The notes: generated from the letters alone by a model not told the origin. A stretch of 64,000 bases of DNA from the human T2T-CHM13v2.0 reference genome, Homo sapiens (GCF_009914755.1 NC_060932.1); one strand, 5' to 3'. Counted from the stretch's first letter, positions 1-14,554 are shown. Program-made: numbers and translations.

Positions 1-229
1 CAAACCTCTCAACCCCTTGTCTACCCTTTGGTAATGTTTCACATTATGAGCCCTGCCATTCCCAGAACTCACAATCCTAGATTGCTTTACAGGTCATTGC
101 ACACGTGACTTAGTTCACACCAGTTAGATTCACACAAGATCTGATGAAAAATGAATTATCTAAGGAGGTGCCCTCACGCTGGGAAAGCAAGTATATTAGC
201 AGAGGTATCCACTTTTGTGGGCACTGCAA

Positions 230-455
230 TGGTGGATACTCAGTCTGGTCCCAGTGAGGCTTGTGTCAGGGTAGTGATAATGGTGATGGTGGCAGTGCCG
301 CAACAGCTCCCATGGCACCTATCCTGACTATATCACTTCAGAGCTCTCTGAGCTTCCTCAGATTGGGACCTACTGAATATCTCTAAATAAATCCCTTTAT
401 TGCTTGAAATAGCAAGGGTTTATTTTGTTGTTTGCAAAACAAAGCCTGCCCAATG
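230..455 (+). mobile_element. Ancient ERVL/MaLR LTR 3' portion (LTR33/MLT1-like)
   Basis: AATAAA-containing terminus 'aataaatccctttattgcttgaaatagcaagggtttattttgttgtttgcaa' typical of old MaLR/ERVL LTR ends; family uncertain. Confidence 0.45.
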
Positions 456-487
456 TTAACTGGAGCTCAGAATTTCAGATTACCTGA

Positions 488-810
<323 letters not shown>

Positions 811-1349
811 TCAGAACTCTTCCCCTGCCATGCTCAGGGATTAGCTTTAAACCCACAGCTTCCTTTCCTCCAGATGAGTAACTGAAGATAAAAAACTGAG
901 GACACCTGGAAAGAGAACTTGGGACTCGGGGACTCAGTCCAAATGGACAGCCTTGGATAGGGTGACACAGAGGAAAACTGAGGTCACTGCACCCCACTAG
1001 GGAAAGCAGAGGGAGAGGCAGGAAGCAAAAGAATTATTAGAAAAGGAGAAGAGAACTCAGATTACTGAGTATTGGATTCGTGCCAGGCACAATATTAGGC
1101 ACTTTATAAACAGCAAGTAAAAAAAAAAAAAAAAAAGTATATAAGATAGATAGATATTCCCAGCCTTTCTCATGTTCCCACTTGGTAAGGAGGATTTTTA
1201 ACTAGGTATATATATATTTGTTTTACAAAAATAGCATCACACTCTGCCCTAAGTTGTGTCTTTGAGTATGCCTGTCATGTCTAATGTTAAGTCATGCTGT
1301 TCTTTTCACATTTCTGCTGGTGGCAAGGCATTCTATTTGTGTGGATGTA

Positions 1350-1659
1350 CAGTCTGCCCTCCATATCTGAGAGTTCTGTATCTATGGAATCAATACTGGA
1401 AAATATTTGAAAAAAAAATGCAACAATAAAAATACAAATTTTAAAATATAGTGTTAACAACTATTTACATAGCATTTACATTGAATTATGTATTACAAGT
1501 AATCTAGAGACGATTTAAGGTATGGGAAACTGTGTGTAGTAGGTTATATGCAAATATTGTGCCATTTTATATAAAGGAACTGAGCATCCTCAGATTTTCG
1601 CTTCTGTTGGGGGGTCCTGGCACCAATTCCCTCCATGAATAGTAAGGGACAGATGACTA
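1350..1659 (-). mobile_element. MER2 (TcMar-Tigger non-autonomous DNA transposon)
   Basis: TA-flanked CAGTC..GACT termini; internal 'aactatttacatagcatttacattg', 'aggttatatgcaaata', 'gggggtcctggcaccaattccc' match MER2 antisense. Confidence 0.85.
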
Positions 1660-1797
1660 TACCATAATTTAAATGATCCTATATTGGTTGGCTTTTATAT
1701 TGTTTACAGTTTCTAACCAACATAATCACTATTATAAATACTATGATATAAAGACCTTTACGTATATTAATTTGCTCACTTGGCTGAATACTTCTTC

Positions 1798-2180
1798 TGT
1801 ATTAGTCCGTTTTCACATTGCTATAAAGAGTACCACCTAACACTAGCTAATTATAAAGCAAAGAGGTTTAATTGACTCACAGTTCCACAGGCTTAACAGG
1901 AAGCAGGGTAGCCGGCTTCAGGAAACTTAGAATCACAGCGGAAGGTGAAACAGAAGCGTACACGTCTCACGTAGCAGCAGGCAAGAGCGAGCTGGGGAAA
2001 CCGCCATTTATAGAACCATCAGCTCTCGTGAGAATTCACTCACTATCACGAGAACAGCTTGCGGGAACCGCCCCTGTGATTCAACCACCTTCCAACAGGT
2101 CCCTTCCTGGACCTGGGGATTATAATTGGGATTGCAATTCAAGATGAGATGTAGGTGGGAACACAGAACCAAACCATTCA
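1798..2180 (-). mobile_element. MSTA/THE1-type MaLR solo LTR
   Basis: 'tgtattagtccgttttcacattgctataaag' to 'cagaaccaaaccattca'; 5-bp TSD-like tcttc/acttc. Confidence 0.92.
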
Positions 2181-2239
2181 ACTTCCATGGGCTAAATGCC
2201 GAATTACTAAATCCAAGAATTACTACACCATTACTAAGG

Positions 2240-2755
2240 TGCAGGGTAAATGCCCCTGAGAGTAATAATTTAAGCATACAATTAGAATAAACCTGTATGG
2301 CAGACGCACCTGAATGTGTGTTTCAAGCTAGGGAATCCAGGAGTGGCCAACCCGGAGATTCATTCCTTGTTTATGAGAAACATCTGAGTCCCCGTCCCGT
2401 CCCGTCCCGTCCCGTCCCGTTGAACATGGGCCATAAGGAAGGATTGAGGCCCTGAGTTTGGGCGGCGGGGGGGGGGGGGGGTACCTGAAAGTTGCCAGGT
2501 GGAGGTCGTTAAGGGGAAGATGTTAACTGAAAATGCTATATAAACTACACGCTGTTTGCAGGCCGTTGTGTTTTTCCTGCCCAGCCTGCCACCACTGGCC
2601 TGGATATAAGGTGGATATCTTGTCCAGCCCGGTGCCACTGGACTCTCTCCCCTGTATGTAAGCCGCTAATAAAACCCTATGTCTTGTTTGCTGGGTTTCT
2701 GGCCTCTTGAACCTGGTGTCTTCCCTAATGAGGTTAATAAAGGTTCGGCACAGCA
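2240..2755 (+). mobile_element. ERV solo LTR (LTR47-like)
   Basis: TG...CA termini, AATAAA near 2668, TSD-like taagg/aaagg; 'ctgtatggcagacgcacctgaatgtgtg...gagtggccaacccggagattcattcctt' recalled from LTR47. Confidence 0.75.
2391..2420 (+). repeat. (CCCGT)6 pentamer microsatellite within the LTR
   Basis: Six perfect units read directly. Confidence 0.95.
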
Positions 2756-3000
2756 AAAGGTGTCATGTAAATACCTTTAAGGGTTTTGGCCTGAATTGCA
2801 AAATTGCTCTCCCAAAAGGCTGTAGCACTCTTCTCCTACAAGTAGTATGTAAGACTCTGTTTCTCCATACCTCCCCCAAGGCTAGCTATTATTCTTGTAA
2901 TCTTTGCCAATCTGATAAAAAAAATTGATTTGATTTTTTTGTAAGACTTTGATTACTAATTAAGGATGGATATGTTGGCTTCTTGTTGAGCACTTGGTTA

Positions 3001-3408
<408 letters not shown>

Positions 3409-4719
3409 TCATTCTCCCCAGTTGATTACAGGACCTAGCAATGTCCTGTAGAGTAAATTCTCCTCCCAGCCTGCCTAAGTGACAGCCCATTACTCAAGCT
3501 GAGCAGGGGCCCACCTCTCAATCGTGCTGTCCAATCCCAGCTCCTCTTTGAAATAGCAACTTGTCTGTAATGGGAATTTTCAATCCTGGCTGCATATCAC
3601 CTGGACTAAACATTTTTTATTCTTTAGTTTAAATTTTTTTTCTTTTAAGAGTACATAATATATTACTCACGTTTTTTAAAAACACAGAGGGAGATTCAGT
3701 TAAAAGTCTCCCTATTATCTGTGGCCCCCATCTGCCCCATTCCCCTCCCTATAAGCAACTGATGTTACTAATTTCTCATGGATCCTTCCAGAGATATAAA
3801 CAGATATTTAAAAATGCTCTTTTTGGGGACCCACGCCAGAATTTCTGAATCAATTTCTGGGATGAAGAATCTGGAAACTTGAATTTTTTTGAAAAGCCCA
3901 CAGTATTGTTGAATTATAATCAGGGTTTAGAGCAACTTCTTGAGTATATCATTCATTTATGCATTCAACCCACATTCATTGAGCATGTGCTTTTATGTGC
4001 CAGACACTGTGCTGGGTGCCAGGGTGAATCAAACAAAGTTGCTAGTCTCATGCAGCTTTGATTATAGTGCAGGGAGAAAGCAGAAAAAACAAACTGTAAT
4101 TATTGAAAAATTGAGAAGTTCTATGATGAAAACTAAAGCAAAATAATGGAAAGTCTTCCAATTGCTTTGATCACAACTTGAATCTCCTTCTTTCTCATTT
4201 AACCTTTCTTACCATCTCCACTGGAGAGCAGGTGAGAGACAGAAAGAAAAAAAGGCAACATTTTTCAGGAAATTAGATTATTCCCAGAGCCCAAATTCAG
4301 AACAAGTTTGAAGCTGGTGCCCAGGGTTCTTCCCATGTGGTATTTATTTCTCTTCATTAGCGCTGATTGTTGAATTCTTCATAATGGCTTAGAAATAACG
4401 TTAAGAAATGGCAATTTGCTCATTACTCGGAAATAGAATGTCGAATTTCTTCTTTCTCTTCTACAATTCAGTAAAGCCTACGCTAAATCATTGTAGGGGC
4501 TCTGGGAAGCCTACCCGGCATCTGAGAACTTGTGGGGAGCAGAGGGTGTCTCTTTCAGAGTCAGGGTAGCACCTAGTGTCTCCTAGAGGGAAAGGCAGCA
4601 GGAGGTCCACTTGCCACTGACATTTGAAAGATTCAATTCTACAAAAGACTAACATTATCAACATGTGCCAGGCACTGTGTGGTAGGTACCATTATTATCC
4701 CACTTAAAAATAAGGAGGA

Positions 4720-5134
<415 letters not shown>

Positions 5135-5204
5135 TCAAAGTTTTGCCTGGAAACTTAAATGAGACAATCTATCCATTACGTTCTCCAGAATGGAAGCTGC
5201 CTTG

Positions 5205-5508
5205 TTTTTTTTGTTGTTGTTGTTGTTTGTTTGTTTGTTTGTTTGTTTTTTGAGACGGAGTCTAGCTCTATCGCCCAGGCTGGAGTGCAGTGGCGTGATC
5301 TTGGCCCACTGCAAGCTCCATCTCCCGGGTTCACACCATTCTTCTGCCTCAGCCTCCTGAGTAGCTGGGATTACAGGTGCCCGCCACTACGCCTGGCTAA
5401 TTTTTCTTTTTTGTATTTTTAGTAGAGATGGGATTTCACCATGTTAGCCAGGATGGTCTCAATCTCCTGACCTCATGATCCACCCGCCTCGGCCTCTCAA
5501 GTGCTGGG
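5205..5508 (-). mobile_element. Alu (AluY-like), slightly 5'-truncated, (GTT/GTTT)n tail
   Basis: AluY diagnostics 'gcaagctcc', 'ttcacaccattc', 'ttagccaggatggtctc'. Confidence 0.95.
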
Positions 5509-6209
5509 CCTTGTTGTTTTTAACTGGCTAGACTCACCTAAATCTGACAGCTACAGACTCACATCCACCATTTTTTTGGAACCAAACTGATGAGAAGAAA
5601 GGAGGCAGAGGAGCGTAAAACCATGCAGTAAAGCCTGGAATTAGCCTGCCTGTTGCAAGCTGGGGCCCAGAGTGCCCCATCTGATACCCATGGGCCACAC
5701 TGTGAGAAGTTCCTGAGTCAGCTTCCATTGTTAGTGCTCAGAAACTTGCTCATTTTCTCCTCCATATAACCATGAGTCACAGGAGGACTTACTCCTGTTA
5801 CTATAGCGTCAGGCACAGAGGAGGTACTAAATGTGGAATGAATGAAGACATGACAGAATGAGCTGCCTCCCCTTCCCAGCTGCCTCTTTCAGGCTGGACC
5901 CAATCTGTGTGTCTTCAACTGCTATTCATTTTGCATTTATCCTTGCCATTTCACACTTAATTCTCACACCAGTCACTGGGATAGGAGGTATTAGCCCACT
6001 TTACAGATGAGGAAAGTGAGGCCTACAGTGCTTATGTGACGTCTGCACTGTTTGGAAACAGCTGGGGTAATTCCAGCAGCCCCAGTTCTGCTCCCTCCTC
6101 TTCCTTCCCCATCAGCCCTCCCTAAGGCCTCAGCAGACCTACAACCCAAATCCAATCTCTCCTCTTTAGCTGTGTCCCACTGTTACAGTTGCTGGTTTCT
6201 TCAAAGAGT

Positions 6210-6343
6210 TGTTTTTGTTTTGGTTTGTTTTAGAGATGGGATCTTGCTATATGGCTCAGGCTGAACTCTTGGGTTCAAGCCAATTCTCCCACCTCTTCCT
6301 CCTGAATAGCTGGAACTACAGGCATGCACCACCATATCTGGCT
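6210..6343 (-). mobile_element. FLAM (monomeric Alu)
   Basis: Single monomer of about 130 bp with a T-rich tail. Confidence 0.8.
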
Positions 6344-6424
6344 GGGGTGGTTTCTTTCAGGATCTTAATTCCTAATAACCAATAGATTTTAAACTGGCAG
6401 TGTCCCCAGGGCTGCTATTGGGCA

Positions 6425-6603
6425 ATAAGCTTCTGCACTAACTCTATTTTGCATACTTTAATGTGCAGACAAATCACATGGGGATAATGTCGAAATATAG
6501 GTTCTGATGCATTGGACTGGAGCAGGATCCCAGATTCTGCATTTCTAGTACACTCCCAGGTGAGGAGAAGCTGCCTGTCTGTGGACCACACTTGAGTAGC
6601 GAC
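6425..6603 (-). mobile_element. MER5A (hAT-Charlie)
   Basis: 'ttctgcatttctagtacactcccaggtga...ggaccacacttgagtagc'. Confidence 0.7.
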
Positions 6604-6659
6604 AAGGCACTGATTCTCATTAGGCCCTGGCCTAGAAACAAATGTGTTTTGTTCCTCAT

Positions 6660-7118
6660 TGTTAAAAGTTAAATTGTGTCCCTCCAAAAAGCTTATGTTG
6701 AGGTCCTAACCTTCAGGACTCAGAATGTGACCTTATTTGGAAATAAAGTATTTGCAATGTAATTAGCTAAATTGAAATAAGGTCATCCTGGAGTAGTGTG
6801 AGCCCCTAATTAATTGAATAAGACTGGTGTCCTTGAAAGAAGACCTCATGTGAAGACAGACACTGGGAGAACACCACGCAAAGATAGAGGCAGAGATTGG
6901 AGTGAAGCATCTACAAGAAAAGGAACATCAAGGACTGGCAGCTGCCACTAGAAACTGAAAGAGAGAATAGATAGAAGACTCTCCCACAGGGAACCAACCC
7001 TACCAACACCTTGATGTTGGTCTTCTGGCCTCTAGAACCATGAGACAGTGTCTTTCTACTATTTTAAGCCACCCAGTTGGTGGTACTTTGTTACAACAGC
7101 TACAGGAAACCAATATAC
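6660..7118 (+). mobile_element. MLT1 (B/C-like) MaLR LTR
   Basis: 'cagaatgtgaccttatttggaaata' through 'tggtactttgttacaacagctacaggaaaccaatata'. Confidence 0.88.
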
Positions 7119-7174
7119 ATGTGAGCCCGAAGAAAATAAAAATTAGCCAAGAATGAGAAAGTAAAAATCTGCCT

Positions 7175-7510
7175 AAGGGATTGCAGAGATTTGGTCAAAG
7201 AATACAAAAGTTTCAGTTACACAGGAGGAAAAGTTTAAGAGATCTATCGTACAGTATGGTGACTATAGTTAAGAACAATGTATTTCATACTTGAAAATTG
7301 TGAAGAAAGTAGATTTTAAGTGTCCTTGTCACAAATAAATGGTATGGGGTTAATGCATGTGCTAATTAGTTCAATTTAGCCATTCCACAATGTGTACATA
7401 TTTTGAAACATGTTGTACACCATAAATATGTATAATTTTTATTTGTCGATTTTAAAATGAGATTTGTGGGAATAAAAAGATACATGTTAAAAATTAAATA
7501 TAAATTTAAA
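7175..7510 (+). mobile_element. L1MA 3' UTR end
   Basis: 'ttggtcaaagaatacaaaagtttcagtt...agatctatcgtacagtatggtgactatagtt...gtagattttaagtgtc' with A-rich end. Confidence 0.85.
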
Positions 7511-7689
7511 AATTCTGCCTAGCCATTCATCAGACTAAACACGGATTAGGCAGAATAAGGCAATTAAGACAACAGAAAAAGATAAGACAGAGAAGAATGC
7601 CGGCACAAATACATTCAACAGCTGCGTGGATAGGAGACAATATTTCTCCCCAGGAGCCACAACATGTCATAGCAAACCCTTCTCTGTGA

Positions 7690-8192
7690 CTGTTACTTCT
7701 TACTCACTGAGGGACTTTGTGCTCTAAAATCATAGACTATTAGAAACATCACCATCTGAAATCATTTCAGTAAGAATGAGATAGCCCACTCTGGCCTGGA
7801 GGATCCAAGTCACTTTGACACAAAAAAGCAGCATCGATTTCCAACTCCATTACAGAGTTTCAGATAAGGAGTTTCTAGACACATTTCATGTCTACCTTCA
7901 CTTGGTAGTTTCCAGGGAAACAGCAGCCTGCCTCCACTTTGCTGTTCAGAACTGATGGTCCCTTTATACACAGCCTTGATTTGTTTTGTGCTTATAAAAA
8001 CTCTGCTTCATTTCAGCTCTCCCTGACCTCCATACTTTCCCCAATTCCTATGATAACTCCGTCTTCCTTTGTTTGGTGAGACTCTCCGTGATTCTGTGGT
8101 GTGTGATCTCCCTCATTACAATGTGTCAATAAATTTGATTCTGTCAGACTACGTGGTTGTCCCTGATGGTCTTAGGCTGGTTGGGCTGAGAC
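7690..8192 (+). mobile_element. Old ERV LTR (MER110-like, uncertain)
   Basis: TATA-like 'cttataaaa', AATAAA near 8128, CA terminus; left boundary uncertain. Confidence 0.45.
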
Positions 8193-8726
8193 ACACTAAT
8201 TTGATTTCCAGGGCTTACTATGTAGTAATGGCATCTTACAGCTGGGAACATCAGAAGGACCAGCTGTTAATGAGCTTGGAATTCTACCTCTTAGTTCTTT
8301 TCTTCTCATCCCACCTTTTTTCTCCTTTTCACTTCCAACTGAAACTTTATTTTCCTTAGATCCATTTCTAGTCCGAAATCACTGCACCTTGCATCCCTAC
8401 ATTCTAGGAAAAGTCATGGAGTGACCGAATTTAAGATCTGCCGGTCACTGGCAGCTTAACTTACAATTTCTAATTGTCAGTTTCAATGTGTGTAGAATGG
8501 GAATAATAGTACTCAACTCAGCAGGTGGTTGGAAAGATCAAATGAGATAATCCACAAACAGCACTTAGTGTGAGGCCTAGTGCATAGCGTGCATCCTATA
8601 ATATTAGCTGTCATTATGTTGTTGTTAAATAGGACAGGCCCACAGGAACTGGCTCTGCCCTCTTTTATGCTCTTTTCTTCTACCCCCATGGTAAGACATT
8701 TGTCCCCCTTACAGAGAGAAGACAAG

Positions 8727-8799
8727 CCCCACCCCTCAGAGAGTCCCCCCACCCCTCAGAGAGTCCCCCCACCCCTCAGAGAGTCCCCGCACCCCTCAG
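8727..8799 (+). repeat. 20-bp minisatellite (ACCCCTCAGAGAGTCCCCCC) x about 3.5
   Basis: Read directly. Confidence 0.95.
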
Positions 8800-8845
8800 C
8801 CCTGCCTGAAAATGACCCAGCAGAATTTCTCCAAGTAAGATTCAG

Positions 8846-9150
<305 letters not shown>

Positions 9151-9329
9151 TCAGCAATCACCTACATTAGCATCAAATGACAGAACTTGTCAAAAATGTT
9201 CATTTCTGGACCAATGGAATCAAGTCCTCCAGGTCCAAGATGAAAGTAAATAGTAAGGGGCCCTTGGGAACAAGGCTGGAAGGGTCTTTGAGACCAAATT
9301 ACCAGGACTGATGACACTCATCACCCACC

Positions 9330-10085
9330 ACTGTCCATTCCTTCACCCAAACAATATGGCACGAGCCCATCCTGAGCACAGCACTGTGCATGACTCAGAC
9401 ACACAGGGAGGTCAAGATAAGTGAGCCCTTATCCTCATGGGGTTTATAGTCCAGTGGAGAAGAGAGAGCAATAAGCAGTCAAAATACAGGGTGCTGGGTG
9501 CAGAGTGCACGGAGAAGAAATGGGCAGGACTGTGAGAGACAGACAAGGGGCACTCAATTCACATGGTACGAGGGGTCACAAGGCTTCCTGAAGTAGCATC
9601 TGAGCAGAGCCCTGCACTCTGAGCGTTACCCAGACGGAGGTGGGGAGGGCATTCCAGGCAGAGGGAGCAGTCTATGGAAAAGCTAGGCAGAAAGAACAGG
9701 TTTGAAGAATTGCACATGGCTTTGCATGAGGACCATGGAGTGCTAGGGATAAGGGAGGTGAGCCTCGCAGTTGCCCAGGAAGCAGCACCAGATGGGGAAA
9801 AGGCTTGCAGACCAAGACACATAATGATCTGGGCTTTAGTCTATAGAGAAGCTTAAAATGGGGGTGGGGGTGATGTGTAAATCTGATTTACATTTTCAAA
9901 AGATCACCCTGGATACTGTAGAAAATAATTAGAGGGGAGCAAGGATGGGTGCCTTTAGAAGGCTATTGCATGGTAGAGGGGAGAGGTGGTGGATTGCACT
10001 ACAGTAATACCAGTGAGGACGAGAAAAATGCATAGATTTCAGAGCGTTTGGAAGCTCTGGCCAACAGGACTTGATTATTAATGAG
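9330..10085 (+). mobile_element. L2 remnant
   Basis: 'gggcattccaggcagagggagcag', 'atctgatttacattttcaaaagatcaccctgg', 'aggctattgca', 'aacaggacttg'. Confidence 0.75.
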
Positions 10086-10090
10086 AGGTG

Positions 10091-10093
<3 letters not shown>

Positions 10094-10125
<32 letters not shown>

Positions 10126-10132
10126 TGTGTGT

Positions 10133-10171
<39 letters not shown>
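10094..10171 (+). repeat. (TG)n microsatellite, interrupted
   Basis: Read directly. Confidence 0.98.
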
Positions 10172-10172
<1 letters not shown>

Positions 10173-11750
10173 TGTTTGGGTGGGGTGGTGCTAGCTGCAA
10201 GGGCATGAAGCCTGAGTTTATAAAGGGAGTGTCTGCTGTCACAGGCGTTCTGGGGAAAGGGCTGTAGCTCTGCTCCCCTTCGTGCCATGCCTTGCTCCCA
10301 CCAACTGCTGTTTCTTTCTACCTGGACAACAGATGCCTGAACATCCTAGGACCTATCCTCTTTTTAGAGATTACACGTTTGTGTTGTAATAATCCATTGT
10401 GTGTCTGCCTCCTCTGATTGAGCTGTGAATTTCTTATGGCAGGGACTGGGGCTGGGAGAAGTACTGACATAGCACTCACTAAGTTCAGTCTTCAGACCAC
10501 TAAATTGGGGGTTAGGATTGAACATGCAGTTTCTGGGGCTCCAACTCCAGACTTCTAGAATCAGATTCACTTGAAGTAGGGCCCAGGAATCTGCCTGTTA
10601 ATCAACACCCCAGGTACATCTGAAGCTTAAGAAGTTTAAGATTGTGCTTGTTACATGCCAAGAAAGATTCCTTTGGACTATAAAGGGAGATCCCTTGGAC
10701 TATAACGTCAAGAGGATATACAGTAAAGAGGACAAGCTCTGGAGTCAGCCTGAGACCTATTTCAGATCTTCATTGAACCTCAGTGCTCCCATCTCTAGAC
10801 TGGGGTACTATGCCCACTCCTCAAGGATAAGTGGGCTACTGTAATCTGTGAAGCACAGGATGTGGCACAAGGCACCCACTCAATGAACACTGGTTGAATA
10901 AACTTGCAAAAGACGGTGACCGCAGCATGCAAGCAGATTTGTTTGCATTTTCATCTCAGATTTCCTTTGCTACTTCATAGTCACTAAATACCAGTTTGAC
11001 TTGAACAGCAGTTACATGCTAATGACAAAAAGCAGTGGCGTGCTTGTTCTCAGAAACCTGAGAATCCACTGGCTCTGTTAAAATGAAATTCTACTGAGTT
11101 GACCACAAGGACATTTCCTTGTCCCCAGAAAAAGACTCGCCTAAATTAAGTTGCAGTGTAACCTCTTCCAAATGTTGCCCAGACTGAAGAGTGCTTTCAT
11201 ATTATTCCTTTATCCAACTCTCTTTCCATCTGGCCTCTTTGTAAAATTCTTCCTCCGTTGTTTCAGAACTAAAATGACACCTTCTTAGAATTCCAGCATG
11301 CTACTTCTCAGTAGAAAGTGTGGTATATCAGAGGCAGCGGGCTTGGGAGTCCGTTGGGAGGCCTGATTTGGAAGGCCAGCTCCAGCAGTTACAAGCCGAG
11401 CAACCCTGAGCAAGTCACGTAACTCTTCTAAGCCTTGATGATAATCTCTGTAAAGTGGGTATGACAACAGTTTCCACATTATAGGGCTATTATGAGGATT
11501 AAGTCATCCTTGCACAGCCCTTAGAATGAAGGTTAGCACAGAGTAAGCACGTAGGTTGGCTGTTTTCAGATGTATTCAGTGGCAAATATGTGGCTGGTCC
11601 CTGAATCTCTCGGCTTTGTAGACTTATATGCTCTTTAACTCCACTCAGTGAGGCCTGTCTCTCTCTCTCTCTTAGGTCCAATTTCCATGTTCAATTCATA
11701 ATCAAACCTACCTCAAAAAAAAGAAGTGAAGAAAATTTTCGCCACTAGTG

Positions 11751-12216
11751 TGTTATTGAAGTGTCACCCTCAAATAATGAAATTCAGAAAATATGATGAA
11801 GTATTGAGTTTATTTCAGCACAAAGCTTGAGGATAGCCACTTGGGAAACATAGACTCCAAAGGAATGGGGTCAGTGCTCCAAAGTGGAGAAGTTAAGGTT
11901 TCACTTATAAGGCAGAGACAGAGAAGTGTAATAGGGTTACAACATTTTCCATGCAAGGTCAGTACATATTACAGTGATTTGATTGGTTACAGCTTGTTGC
12001 ATGCCAAGGAAGGTTCCTTTAACATTCCATAAGGAGGGGTAATGGCCTGGAAAGGTCTTAACTCTGGCACCATTCGGTCCTTCCGAATCATTTACAGGAA
12101 AAACCAGAAGTTGCAGCTGCATGCTATATGACTCAGGTCACATGGCCGCATTGCTCTCAAGGCTCAACATAATTTAAAGTTCCGCCAGCTTTAGGTTTGA
12201 ATTATTTAATTTCACA
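11751..12216 (-). mobile_element. ERV1/MER4-group solo LTR (LTR54-like, subfamily uncertain)
   Basis: Minus strand starts TGTGAAATTAAATAATTCAAACCTAAAGCTG and ends ..AACA; CCAAT, TATAA and AATAAA occur in promoter order on the minus strand; AP-1 site at 12129-12135. Confidence 0.75.
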
Positions 12217-12665
12217 ACAGAAAGTAACTTTTCCTCTCACCTTTTCTGGAAGAATTCGTGGTTTCCTAAATTCCAGCCCAAAACTTATCTCAATGCTGCC
12301 AAACATATCTCCATGAATCAGCCAAATTCCTCAATAGGAAGGAAGCTTTTAAAAATAAAAATTAGACCCATTGACTGGGCATAATGAATAATAGAAGTAG
12401 TAGAAGGAAGTTATAATACTCATCCTTCCACTCTTAATTTCTGCCCAGGGTTCACGGCAAAGCAGCTTTGTGGCCCAGGCATTTTGTAAAATGGCTGTGG
12501 CTAGTGGCAGAAGGCACTTTGTGGCTCCTGCTGGACTAGGACTAGGCTGTCCTGAGCAGCTGCAATTAAAATCAGAGCACTTGGGTAGAGTCTGAAGTCT
12601 GTCTCAACAGGAGGACAGTATGCCAGCTATAGCTGCTCCCTTCTCTAGGGCTCATCTCCTTAGAA

Positions 12666-12990
12666 CAGCGGTTCTCAAACTTTGCTGCATTTTGGAATCC
12701 CCATGTTGGAAGATGGGGAGTTTTGAAAAATCTTAATGCCCAGGCCAATTACTTAAGAATTTCTGACTTGGGGGGAGAGGGTGGGGTGGGGATATGTAGG
12801 ACTCAAGCATCAGTAATAGTGTTTCAAATTTTAATGTGCATATGAATTGCTTTGTTAAAAATTGTTTCAACGTTGAATACAGATTCAGATTCAATAGGTC
12901 TGGGTTGAGGAAAGCGATTCTGCATTTCCAACAAGCTCCCAGGTGAGTCTTCACTGCTGGTCTAAGGAGCAGAATTTGGGTAGCAAAGTC
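12666..12990. mobile_element. MER5-type hAT elements (adjacent or compound)
   Basis: 'cagcggttctcaaactttgctgca' and 'ttctgcatttccaacaagctcccaggtgagt'. Confidence 0.7.
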
Positions 12991-14172
12991 TTAGACAGTT
13001 CTTCCTCCCACCGCATCCTGTACATCAAAATTAGTGCCTGACCCTCACCGGTCCATTGCCCAAGGTTGTAACATCAGAGATGAAGGCCTTTTCATTAGTT
13101 TATTTATTTCCAGGACCCAGTCTAAGGAAAGTGAGCTAATTATTATGGATTTATCTGCATTATCTTGTTTAAGGAGAAGACACTTAGAAAAATGGGAATT
13201 GAAATTTGTTCTTGCCATCAGATCTTGCTGATCTATAAAACACCATTATCCTTATACTTATTATTATAGAACTTTCCATTTTGAGCTTCTCCTTTCTTCC
13301 AGCTCCCAGGTCCTATAATAATATTCTTTAAGGACTTGCCCACATGGAGCAAAGCCAAATGGTGCAATGGTTCAGGAAGGTCACTAAGGGCCAAATGGTG
13401 TGTGCTTAAATTCTGGCCCTACCACTTAGTGGCTGTGTGAACATGGATGATTTATTTAACCTCTCTGTGCCTCGGCTTTCCCATCTGTAAATTGGAAGTT
13501 ATAGTAAGTAAATGAATATATCTACAAGTAAAGGCTAAATGCTGTCCCTAGAACCTTATGTGAATTAACTCTCTTAGTCCTTATAATAATTTTACCAGGT
13601 TAACTTATCATCCCCATTTTGTAGATGGGTTGAGGATTTTGCCTGAGGTCACACAGCCAGGATTTGAGACCAGGTAGCCTGACTCCAATACTCATCCTGT
13701 TAACTACCAAGATGGACTATCTCTCACATGTAGCAGCTAGAACTACAACGGTGGTCTGCTAACTCTCAGCAAGGGGCTCCAGGACTGGGTCATACTTCAA
13801 TTGTCTGCCATAGTCAGCCACAATCCCTCAATCCCACAGTCCCCCTGCAGTCTCGCATAAGGCCCTAACACCTACGCAGCCACTGTGCAAAGAACATGCT
13901 CCACCACCCCCCTTCTATGGGCTGACAACTGGACCATCTCAGGCAAGGTCTTTTGCATCAGCTCAATTCAATGAATCATCCACATGGCTGTTCACTTTCA
14001 GAGCACATTCTAAACACTGCTCTGAGTCAGCCTCCTGTGCTCAGTTTTGGAGGTGCTCAGATGAATTCAAACAAGCCCCTGCTTTAGGGAGCTCAGAGGG
14101 GCCTCAGGGAGGAGACAGATGTGTGAGAGATGCCTATGGTAACTCTCAGGAAGTGTTTAAAAGGGGAAATGA

Positions 14173-14554
<382 letters not shown>

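Larger units (their letters stand above)
1180..3000 (-). mobile_element. Old L1 (L1ME-like) 3' remnant fragmented by MER2, MSTA and an ERV LTR
   Basis: Antisense L1M-type phrases 'ttctatttgtgtggatgta|ccataattt', 'ttgtttacagtttct', 'gcaaaattgctctcccaaaaggctgtagcact' resume across each insertion. Confidence 0.6.

Noticed and set aside
8727-8799. Regularly spaced repeats as a CRISPR-like array
   Set aside because: Head-to-tail units without unique spacers, primate context and no cas genes
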